Positions 36,548 to 44,218 of a DNA stretch of 64,000 nucleotides are shown here, one piece after another. The notes beneath the pieces were generated by a model that saw only the letters and a program-made list of their open reading frames with translations, did no database searches and was not told where the DNA came from. The translations under genes and the position numbers were made by a program. Origin of the DNA: a virus; the IMG/VR virus record IMGVR_UViG_3300020419_001178, positions 64,001 to 128,000 of that record; one strand, 5' to 3'. Every line of letters starts with the position of its first letter. Positions within the stretch are counted from its first letter, which is position 1.

Positions 36548-37147
36548 ATGACCGTAGCTTTCGTGATAGGCAATGGCGAAAGTCGTAAAGACTTAGACTT
36601 ACATCCACTTAGAAATTACGGCAAAGTATATGCTTGTAATGCAGTTTTCCGACACTATCAACCCGATTATCTAGTAGCAGTAGACGTAAAAATGATACTG
36701 GAAATAAATCAACACAAATGGCAAATGGAAAACGAGGTATGGACTAACCCTAATAAACAGTACCACGGATTTCAAGGATTCAATTTTTTTCAACCTAGCA
36801 AGGGTTGGAGTAGTGGCCCTACAGCATTATGGTTGGCAAGCACCCATAAACATGATACAATTTACATATTAGGTTTTGATTTTCATGGTAAGGCTGACGA
36901 CAAAGGACAGCGTACTAAGGTAAATAATTTGTACGCAGGAACACACAATTACAAAAGATCAGGTGAACCAGCTACGTATTTTGGCAACTGGGAAAGGCAA
37001 ACTGCTTCTACTTGTGAAGCACACGCAGGAACTAAATACATTAGGATAGTTGAAGACGGTGACGATTTTGTACCTAAGCAATTGAAGAAAGTAAGTAATT
37101 TATCTCATATCACATTAAGTGAATTTAAGAGATATTATGATTTTTGA
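36548..37147 (+). CDS. Maf/DUF115 (CstII-like fold) putative glycosyltransferase
   Basis: AFVIGNGESR, YACNA, PDYLVAVD, SSGPTAL and IYILGFDF motifs; AGGAG SD. Confidence 0.65.
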   Translation: MTVAFVIGNGESRKDLDLHPLRNYGKVYACNAVFRHYQPDYLVAVDVKMILEINQHKWQMENEVWTNPNKQYHGFQGFNFFQPSKGWSSGPTALWLASTHKHDTIYILGFDFHGKADDKGQRTKVNNLYAGTHNYKRSGEPATYFGNWERQTASTCEAHAGTKYIRIVEDGDDFVPKQLKKVSNLSHITLSEFKRYYDF

Positions 37148-37172
37148 TACCAAGATGTCAAAAAACCCCGTT

Positions 37173-37214
37173 TTGACACCATTTTCCACGTATTTTATAA
37201 TAAAAGTGTAAATA
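37173..37214 (+). promoter_or_regulatory. Tandem consensus sigma70 promoter and late motif upstream of the prohead operon
   Basis: TTGACA (37173-78), 17 nt, TATAAT (37196-201); TGTAAATA at 37207-14. The -35 is one arm of the inverted repeat TGTCAAAA-N7-TTTTGACA (37156-37178). Confidence 0.7.
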
Positions 37215-37255
37215 TTACTGACAGCCTTACACCATTAACATGACAGGAGAAACAA

Positions 37256-38242
37256 ATGGCAGATCAATCAAAACTAGAGCAAATGCTCGAAAAATTAGTT
37301 AACAATGATCGCGATGGCGCGGATTCATTGTTTCACGAGTTTGTAATCGAAAAATCACGTGGCATTTATGAAAAAATGCTAGAAGATGATCTTAAAGATC
37401 TTGAAGTAGACGAAGCATCTAAGAAAAAAGATGACGAAAAAGATCACGATAAAAAAGACAAAAAAATGAAAGAAGAGTCAGACGAAGAAGTTGACGAAGC
37501 TTCAGATGATGAAGAAGTTGACGAAGCTTCAAATGATGACGAAGAAGTAGACGAAGCATCAGACGAAGAAACTGACGAAAATATGGAAATTACACCAGAA
37601 GCTGACCCAATGGGCGGCGATGCCTCTGACGATATGATGAAAGATATCGAAGCAGACGGCGATGATGGTGATATGGACGGCGACATGGGCGGCGATGAAG
37701 AAGAAATCGAAGACCGTGTAGTTGATCTAGAAGATGCTCTTGATGACCTAAAAGCTGAATTTGAAAAAATGATGGCTGATAAAGGTGGCGAAGACGACAT
37801 GGATGACATGGACGATGATGCCGCTGATATGGATATGGGTGATAAAGAGAAGGAAGATGAAGCATTTATGCCAACTTCCGAACTTAGCGGTGAAGAACTT
37901 CCAGTAGAAGACATGGAGCCAGCATACGAAGGCAAAAAGTCACAACAGGAAGTAATGCGTGAATATGTTAATAAAGTTGCTATGCCTAAAGGCGAAGACA
38001 ACAAAGCTAAAAGCCCAGTAGCAGGTGCTAATAATATGGGTGGAACAGCAAGTAACATAGCACAAGGCGGCGAAGGTGATACAAAAGGTTCAGGACAAAC
38101 TCCTAAAATTGAAGACATGGGGAATGTTAACAAACCAGGTAACACTAAAGCTCCAAGCATGAACAAAGCTAATGGCCACGGTGCTGAGAAAAAAGGCGCA
38201 GGCGAAACAGGTACTGATACTAAATCACCTATCGGTAGCTAA
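37256..38242 (+). CDS. Highly acidic prohead core protein (gp67/gp68 position)
   Basis: Asp/Glu-rich 328 aa immediately upstream of gp21; repeated VDE-A putative protease sites. Confidence 0.65.
   Translation: MADQSKLEQMLEKLVNNDRDGADSLFHEFVIEKSRGIYEKMLEDDLKDLEVDEASKKKDDEKDHDKKDKKMKEESDEEVDEASDDEEVDEASNDDEEVDEASDEETDENMEITPEADPMGGDASDDMMKDIEADGDDGDMDGDMGGDEEEIEDRVVDLEDALDDLKAEFEKMMADKGGEDDMDDMDDDAADMDMGDKEKEDEAFMPTSELSGEELPVEDMEPAYEGKKSQQEVMREYVNKVAMPKGEDNKAKSPVAGANNMGGTASNIAQGGEGDTKGSGQTPKIEDMGNVNKPGNTKAPSMNKANGHGAEKKGAGETGTDTKSPIGS
37478..37579 (+). repeat. Imperfect 24-30 nt tandem repeats encoding EEVDEAS(N)DD
   Basis: GAAGAAGT(T/A)GACGAAGC(T/A)TCA occurs three times, plus degenerate copies. 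Confidence 0.85.
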
Positions 38243-38260
38243 TTGAGGACTAAAGGGTAG

Positions 38261-38899
38261 ATGTTAAACTTAACTGAAACGCTATCATTCGACCAAGCAA
38301 AAATGGTCGTGGAGCAAACCGAAAATAAAGATACGGGTGGTAAGGACTTGTATCTTAAAGGTATTTGCATCCAAGGTGGTGTACGTAATGCTAATCAAAG
38401 AGTATATCCTGTGAATGAAATCGGTAGAGCTGTCAACACGCTCAACGATCAAATACAAGGCGGATATAGTGTACTTGGTGAAGTAGATCATCCAGACGGA
38501 CTCAACATTAACCTGGATCGTGTATCACACATGATAACTGAAATGTGGATGGACGGACCAAATGGTTACGGAAAACTTAAAGTAATTCCTACCCCGATGG
38601 GACAACTAGTAAAAACAATGCTGGAAAGCGGAGTTAAAATAGGTGTTTCATCTAGGGGTTCAGGAAATGTAAGTGAAGACGGAAGCGGAGAAGTTAGCGA
38701 GTTTGAAATTATAACTGTTGACTGTGTCGCACAACCAAGTGCTCCGGGAGCATATCCAACTCCCATTTATGAGCATTTGATGAATACAAAACATGGCTAC
38801 AAGGCATTCAATATGGCTCGTGAGTTAAAACACGATGAAAAGGCACAAAAGTATCTAAAGGACTCGTTGGTAAACATTATCAGCGGGCTCAGCAATTAG
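38261..38899 (+). CDS. gp21: Prohead protease
   Basis: NANQRVYP, LGEVDHP, RVSH, GVSSRGSG and D.VAQPSAPGAY motifs. Confidence 0.93.
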   Translation: MLNLTETLSFDQAKMVVEQTENKDTGGKDLYLKGICIQGGVRNANQRVYPVNEIGRAVNTLNDQIQGGYSVLGEVDHPDGLNINLDRVSHMITEMWMDGPNGYGKLKVIPTPMGQLVKTMLESGVKIGVSSRGSGNVSEDGSGEVSEFEIITVDCVAQPSAPGAYPTPIYEHLMNTKHGYKAFNMARELKHDEKAQKYLKDSLVNIISGLSN

Positions 38900-38909
38900 G
38901 AGAAACAAA

Positions 38910-40010
38910 ATGTTAGATGCACTGAAAAATCTCTTCGAAAACAACGCTATTTCAGAAGAAATCAGAGCAGAAATCGAAAAGGCTTGGAACGATAGGGTAA
39001 ATGAAAACCGATTACAGGCGACAGCAGAGCTACGTGAAGAGTTTGCTCAAAAGTATGAGCATGACAAGCAGACAATGGTGGAAGCTATTGATAAAATGCT
39101 TGAAGACAGACTAGGCGCGGAGATTACTGAGTTTGCGGACGATCGTCATAAACTAGCTGAAGCAAGAGCAAAGTATGCAGTAGCAATGCGTGAAAACGCA
39201 GATCTATTGAAGAACTTTGTTGTTGGCCAACTAGGTAAAGAAGTAGGCGAATTGCACGAAGACCAGAAGGCTATGGCAGGTAAGTTCCAAAAACTTGAAG
39301 ATTTCATTGTTGATTCTTTATCAAAAGAAATCGCAGAGTTCTACGAAGATAAAAGAGATTTGGCAGAAACAAAAGTACGTTTAGTACGTGAAGCCAAAAA
39401 TCATCTAGCTAAAGTTAAAGGCAAATTCATCAAGGATGCGACTACAGTTGTAGCAGAAACAGTTGAAAAAGGTCTAAAGAAAGAGATCGGACAACTTAAA
39501 GAAGATATAGATTCAGCTCGTAAGAATGACTTTGGTAGAAAGATTTTCGAATCTTTTGCTAATGAATACTCACAGAGCTATCTAAATGAGAAGTCAGAAA
39601 CTGCTAAACTACTTAAAGTTGTAGACTTGAAGGACAAGCAATTAGCAGAAGCTAAAGTTAAAGCTAGTGAACAGAAAGCACTAGTTGAATCTAAACAGCA
39701 AGAAATTGCTAAAGTAACTGATTCAGCTAAGAGAGCAGAAGTCATTGGCGAACTTATTGCTCCTTTGAATAAGAAGCAAAAAGAAATCATGACAGATTTG
39801 CTGGAATCTGTACAGACAGTTAAACTAAAGTCACAGTTTGACAAGTACATACCAAGCGTAATAGCAGGTGATAAACCAGCGAAGGACACCAAGGCGACGT
39901 TAACAGAAGGCACAGAAGTTACAGGCAATAAAGAAAATAATGACATAGATGCAGGTTCGTCTAACACAGATAATGTGATAGACATTAGAAGACTTGCAGG
40001 ATTAAACTAA
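38910..40010 (+). CDS. gp22: Prohead scaffold/core protein
   Basis: Coiled-coil protein between gp21 and gp23; GRKIFESF motif; AGGAG SD. Confidence 0.8.
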   Translation: MLDALKNLFENNAISEEIRAEIEKAWNDRVNENRLQATAELREEFAQKYEHDKQTMVEAIDKMLEDRLGAEITEFADDRHKLAEARAKYAVAMRENADLLKNFVVGQLGKEVGELHEDQKAMAGKFQKLEDFIVDSLSKEIAEFYEDKRDLAETKVRLVREAKNHLAKVKGKFIKDATTVVAETVEKGLKKEIGQLKEDIDSARKNDFGRKIFESFANEYSQSYLNEKSETAKLLKVVDLKDKQLAEAKVKASEQKALVESKQQEIAKVTDSAKRAEVIGELIAPLNKKQKEIMTDLLESVQTVKLKSQFDKYIPSVIAGDKPAKDTKATLTEGTEVTGNKENNDIDAGSSNTDNVIDIRRLAGLN

Positions 40011-40020
40011 GGAGAAAAAC

Positions 40021-41208
40021 ATGTCAGAACTACTAGAAAGTCGCTGGCAGGATACGAAAACTGCACTTCTAGAAGGCCTCGAAGGCAATAAAAAGTCAGT
40101 TATGGGTGTTACATTAGAAAACACTCGTAAGTACTTGGCTGAGGCCGCAACAGCAGGTGCATCTAGTGCAGGCAACGTTGCTACACTAAACAGAGTGATC
40201 CTTCCAGTAATAAGAAGGGTTATGCCTACGGTTATCGCTAACGAATTAGTTGGTGTACAACCTATGACAGGCCCTGTGGGACAAATCCACACACTAAGAG
40301 TAAGATATGCTGACAGTATGGCATCATCTGCAACAGCTACTACAGCAGGCGAAGAGGCATTAAGCCCATTCAAAATTGCTGAGGGCTATTCAGGTGCTGG
40401 CGATGCGGCTACTTACAACGACAAAACAGCTAACACAACAGCTTCTTTAGAAGGTGTAGCTGGTAAGAGATTGTCAATTCAGATCTTAAAGCAAACAGTC
40501 GAAGCAAAAACCAGAAAGCTATCAGCTAGATGGACTTTTGAAGCGGCTCAAGATGCTCAAGCTCAACAAGGTATTGATATCGAAGCAGAAATTATGGCGG
40601 CATTGGCGCAAGAAATTACTGCTGAAATTGACCAAGAGATTCTTTCATCTCTACGTACTTTGGCTGGAACAGTCGAAACTTACGATCAGGCGGCGGTAAG
40701 CGGTACAGCAACTTTCGTTGGTGACGAACATGCGGCATTAGCTGTTCAAATCAACAGAGTGGCAAACTTAATTGCGGCTAGAACAAGACGTGGTGCTGGT
40801 AACTACGCAGTGGTATCACCATTTGCGTTAACATTACTACAGTCTGCTACAACTTCAGCGTTTGCAAGAACAACTGAAGGTACTTTTGAAGCTCCAACTA
40901 ACACTAAAATGGTTGGTACACTTAACGGTGCGATGAAAGTATACGTAGACGCTTATGCGGCGGATAGTACAGAAGTATTGATTGGATACAAAGGTTCAAG
41001 TGAATCTGATGCTCCAGCATTCTACTGTCCATACATTCCGTTAATGTCAAGTGGCGTTGTATTAGATCCAAGCACATTTGAACCAGTAGTGTCATTTATG
41101 ACAAGATATGGTTACATTGAGCTATCTAATGTGGCATCATCACTTGGTAACGCGGCTGATTACCTTGGCGCAGTAGCAATTACTAACGGCAACGTATCAT
41201 TTAGCTAA
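40021..41208 (+). CDS. gp23: Major capsid protein
   Basis: RRVMP..IA.ELVGVQPMTGP.G, VEAKTRKLSARWT.EAAQD, EIDQEI, FYCPYIPL and TFEPVVSFMTRYG motifs; putative maturation site YLAE-A. Confidence 0.97.
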   Translation: MSELLESRWQDTKTALLEGLEGNKKSVMGVTLENTRKYLAEAATAGASSAGNVATLNRVILPVIRRVMPTVIANELVGVQPMTGPVGQIHTLRVRYADSMASSATATTAGEEALSPFKIAEGYSGAGDAATYNDKTANTTASLEGVAGKRLSIQILKQTVEAKTRKLSARWTFEAAQDAQAQQGIDIEAEIMAALAQEITAEIDQEILSSLRTLAGTVETYDQAAVSGTATFVGDEHAALAVQINRVANLIAARTRRGAGNYAVVSPFALTLLQSATTSAFARTTEGTFEAPTNTKMVGTLNGAMKVYVDAYAADSTEVLIGYKGSSESDAPAFYCPYIPLMSSGVVLDPSTFEPVVSFMTRYGYIELSNVASSLGNAADYLGAVAITNGNVSFS

Positions 41209-41229
41209 TACCTAAACGACGACAAATTT

Positions 41230-41258
41230 AAAAGGGCGGCTTATGTCGCCCTTTTTTT
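41230..41258 (+). terminator. Rho-independent terminator after gp23
   Basis: AAAAGGGCGGC-TTAT-GTCGCCC-T7. Confidence 0.9.
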
Positions 41259-41291
41259 ATGGATTTTGGTAAACAAAATACAAAAAAAGTG

Positions 41292-41320
41292 TTGACAAAT
41301 GCTTTTTTCTCTGTTATATT
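41292..41320 (+). promoter_or_regulatory. Sigma70 promoter (extended -10) driving an ORF-free transcript
   Basis: TTGACA (41292-97), 17 nt, TGtTATATT (-10 at 41315-20); A-rich UP-like tract upstream. Confidence 0.85.
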
Positions 41321-41326
41321 GTATAC

Positions 41327-41548
41327 ATAAGCTAGAAACTTGTAGCTAGAGTTTTTAAATAGTGCAAGGAAGAGGCGTTTACCAGAGCGTCGAACTTGAC
41401 TAGTTAGGGGTGGTACCCAGGCTTGGTAGTAGAAATACGCTGAGTCACATCGCTCTCCCGAGCGGAACTAGGTTCCCTGGTTATCAGAATGGCATCTGTG
41501 GCGAGGGGTTGTAGGTATAACCGAGTCCTACCTATTATTGCTTATTTT
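41327..41548 (+). ncRNA. Structured ncRNA with its own promoter and terminator (possibly manA-motif-like; unverified)
   Basis: No ORF; multi-stem fold at 41361-41531 with loop-loop complementarities (ACCA 41381-84/UGGU 41411-14; GGUU 41471-74/AACC 41519-22). Confidence 0.75.
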
Positions 41549-41581
41549 AAAAGGTGTGCAAGGAAACTTGTATACCTTTTT
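41549..41581 (+). terminator. Rho-independent terminator closing the ncRNA
   Basis: AAAAGGTGTGCAAG-GAAA-CTTGTATACCTTTTT. Confidence 0.85.
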
Positions 41582-41589
41582 CCTTTTGT

Positions 41590-41685
41590 GATAAATACAA
41601 TGTCTAAGAGAGAACCTCTAAGATGAGGACTTATGCTGTTTAACCCACAGCGTAGACCTAGAACGTCTAACATAAGGAGAAAAAA
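41590..41685 (+). promoter_or_regulatory. Late promoter GATAAATA (41590-97) followed by a structured 5' leader
   Basis: Stems CCTC/GAGG and TATGCTGT/ACAGCGTA; CTTATG (41630-35) is complementary to CATAAG (41671-76), which overlaps the SD. Confidence 0.55.
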
Positions 41686-42303
41686 ATGGGAAGACCTATT
41701 AATAAAAAGCACATTGGTGATGGAGCAGGTAAAATCCAAGTAACTGCGGTTAAATTCGCGGCTGGTGGAGAAATTACTACTGAGTCACATATTGTGTCAC
41801 AACGATCAACAAGAAAATTCATCGTTACTGATGGAACTAAAACAGAAACTTGTACACTTGTTAACAAATCAATCGGCGGCTTAGGTGCTAGTGAATTCTG
41901 CATCAACGTAACTGACAGTGATGGTGTTACAAAACAAGTTACCAAGTTAATGAACAGAAAAATGCAACTTGAAGGTGCTTCTAACCATAAATGGGCTAGA
42001 TCATCAACAGGTACATCTGAAGCAATTGAAAAAGTTATTTCAGGTGCTACAGCGGCAAATCCATGTGTTATTACAGCAACTGGACACGGCTTCAGCAACG
42101 GAGATAAAGTATCTATCCGTGGCGTAGTTGGAATGGTTGAGCTAAACACTGAAACTGCTTACACAGTAGCTGGTAAGACAACTAACAACTTCCAATTATC
42201 GGGTGTTAATAGTTCAGGCTTTACAGCATACGGTTCAGGTGGTGTAGTTACTAAAGCGGCGGCTGAAAGCGGCGGCATTGTAGTTGACGCACAGGCATCG
42301 TAA
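41686..42303 (+). CDS. Virion structural protein with a C-terminal E1-FCCH-like beta domain (head decoration candidate)
   Basis: ISGATAANPCVITATGHGFSNGDKVSIRGVVGMVELN motif; strong SD; first protein gene after gp23. Confidence 0.6.
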   Translation: MGRPINKKHIGDGAGKIQVTAVKFAAGGEITTESHIVSQRSTRKFIVTDGTKTETCTLVNKSIGGLGASEFCINVTDSDGVTKQVTKLMNRKMQLEGASNHKWARSSTGTSEAIEKVISGATAANPCVITATGHGFSNGDKVSIRGVVGMVELNTETAYTVAGKTTNNFQLSGVNSSGFTAYGSGGVVTKAAAESGGIVVDAQAS

Positions 42304-42316
42304 GATAAGATATAAA

Positions 42317-42343
42317 TGTTGTGGGGGCAAGTTCCCCACAACA
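42317..42343. terminator. Strong intergenic hairpin (weak terminator or processing/stability element)
   Basis: TGTTGTGGGG-GCAAGTT-CCCCACAACA with no long U tract. Confidence 0.55.
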
Positions 42344-42359
42344 ATTTAAGGAATTATAA

Positions 42360-43310
42360 ATGTCAAAGAATTTAAATGTAAACAGCGGTAATTATACCAT
42401 AAGAGTAGCAGACGGTAACACTATTACATTAGATACCGGAACTACTGGTACTACTACCCTAACCGGTAACTTGACTGTTTCTGGTACCACTACTACAGTA
42501 AATTCTTCTAATCTAGCACTAAAAGATAATATCATAAAAATTAATGATGGCGAAACAGGAAGTGGAATAACATTAAACACAGCTGGATTACAATTTGATA
42601 GAGGAACACAACAAGATGCGTTGTTCTTATTTGATGAACAAACATCACATAACGATCCTGTAACACAAACTGTAAGAGCAGGTACTTTTACGTTTAAAGA
42701 TAACGCAGGTGCCATTAGAGGAATACTTACAAACAGTATAACAACTGGCGGCGGAGATTTATATCTCATAAACAGCGGTACTGGAGTAATCAATGTTAGT
42801 GGAACAAACAATTACGAAACACAAGTAACAGCAGATGATGATATTCCAAACAAGAAATATGTAGATGATGCTATTACAACAGGTATTCAAACTATCCAAA
42901 TTACATCTGTAGCTAGAGGAAACACAGCAGTAAATCTTTTTGATGATAGTTTAGATGACAGCATTAGTGCTATTAGATTTACAGTAGACGGAAACGAAAG
43001 AGTCTTAATTAAAAATGATTCTACAGAAATTGAAAATGTTAGTTTTCAAGATAATTTAATTACAACAACATCTAGTGGAGCAGATCTTACTTTGAGTAGT
43101 AATGGTAGTCCATTTGTTAAAATTGACGGCTTACTTAGGTTACCTATACAAGACGATAGTTCAGCGGTAACTTATTCACCAACTCATGTTGCTGTATATG
43201 CTAAAGATCCTGATAAAGGAAAGACAGGAGTTTGGTACAAAAACAAGTACGATCATGAGGATGAATTGATAAGTACTAATAGATCACTACTTTATAGTAT
43301 GTTATTTTAA
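42360..43310 (+). CDS. Virion fibre/structural protein
   Basis: GNLTVSGTTTTVNS..L...DNII.IN and IPNKKYVDD fibre motifs. Confidence 0.7.
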   Translation: MSKNLNVNSGNYTIRVADGNTITLDTGTTGTTTLTGNLTVSGTTTTVNSSNLALKDNIIKINDGETGSGITLNTAGLQFDRGTQQDALFLFDEQTSHNDPVTQTVRAGTFTFKDNAGAIRGILTNSITTGGGDLYLINSGTGVINVSGTNNYETQVTADDDIPNKKYVDDAITTGIQTIQITSVARGNTAVNLFDDSLDDSISAIRFTVDGNERVLIKNDSTEIENVSFQDNLITTTSSGADLTLSSNGSPFVKIDGLLRLPIQDDSSAVTYSPTHVAVYAKDPDKGKTGVWYKNKYDHEDELISTNRSLLYSMLF

Positions 43311-43319
43311 GGAAAGAAT

Positions 43320-43664
43320 ATGGCGATTGTAAATAAACAAATAGGTTTAACAGATACAATAATTCATACAGTACCTAATGGAAGCAGACACGCAATTACT
43401 ACTTTGCTTATCTGTAATAAGGCGGCGGTAGATACAGGAGGATCAAATGATACTTCTGTGGACCTACATCTTATACCAAACGGACAAGCAAAAGGTAATG
43501 CTGACCCAAACGCTAACCAAATTTTGAATGATTTGGTAATAGCAGGAGCAGACACTTTTACTTTTGATACTGAAAAAATTGTTCTTGAAGGAGGAGATAA
43601 AATTGTTGCTGTAAGTCAATCTCCGGCTAACCTAATTGCTACAGTAAGTTATTTGGAAGTGTAA
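43320..43664 (+). CDS. Small beta-rich virion protein (paralog 1 of 3)
   Basis: HTVP......T..LICN and EKIVLE.GD motifs shared with 51320 and 62492. Confidence 0.7.
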   Translation: MAIVNKQIGLTDTIIHTVPNGSRHAITTLLICNKAAVDTGGSNDTSVDLHLIPNGQAKGNADPNANQILNDLVIAGADTFTFDTEKIVLEGGDKIVAVSQSPANLIATVSYLEV

Positions 43665-44182
43665 TGAGATTTATTAAAGCACAAAGAACATCTCGAGGAA
43701 TCAATGCCGATACAAAAGGCTTCAATATTGATGCTTTAGGATTGGCCACAGTTAATACTGACAAAGCAATTATTCCACCCAAAGGTGATCAAAATTCTAG
43801 ACCTTTTACACCTGTAGAAGGAATGTTAAGATATAACACTGATGTTACAAATTTTGAAGTATATCAAAATAGTGCTTGGAAACCTATTAGATTCAAAGAA
43901 CCTATTACTATTACACAACAAAACCTAGGTAACGGTAACGGAACAGAAACAACATTTGGCCCGTTAAATTCAGGAGATAGTTTTTATCCTGTACCTATTT
44001 CAGAAAATAATATACTAGTTACTATTGAAAACGTTTTTCAATTAGCAACAACAAACTACACTCTAGTACAAAATCCATCTTCAGGACCAGGTGCTCCATA
44101 TGCCGCAGGTTGGTACCTTGTGTTTGGTACTCCTGTACCTACAGGAAAGCCAGTACAAGTGCTACATAACTTCGACAAGTAA
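43664..44182 (+). CDS. Virion structural/adaptor protein
   Basis: IPPKG....RP....GMLRYNTD...FEVY....W motif. Confidence 0.7.
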   Translation: MRFIKAQRTSRGINADTKGFNIDALGLATVNTDKAIIPPKGDQNSRPFTPVEGMLRYNTDVTNFEVYQNSAWKPIRFKEPITITQQNLGNGNGTETTFGPLNSGDSFYPVPISENNILVTIENVFQLATTNYTLVQNPSSGPGAPYAAGWYLVFGTPVPTGKPVQVLHNFDK

Positions 44183-44185
44183 TAC

Positions 44186-44193
44186 AATAAATA
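44186..44193 (+). promoter_or_regulatory. Late promoter motif AATAAATA
   Basis: Intergenic, upstream of 44219. Confidence 0.6.
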
Positions 44194-44218
44194 CACTTGT
44201 TAATTCGAGGGAAATAAT

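Noticed and set aside
37478-37579. CRISPR- or TIGR-like array
   Set aside because: The repeats are in-frame coding repeats without unique spacers; no repeat-spacer array was seen anywhere in the window.
37444-38166. 240-aa Ser-rich minus-strand ORF and similar antisense ORFs over structural genes
   Set aside because: They mirror GAA/GAT-rich or Gly/Thr-rich sense codons and show no independent signals.
41327-41548. tRNA, tmRNA, 6S or SRP identity for the post-gp23 RNA
   Set aside because: No cloverleaf, T-loop or CCA end, no tag ORF and no long 6S-like rod.
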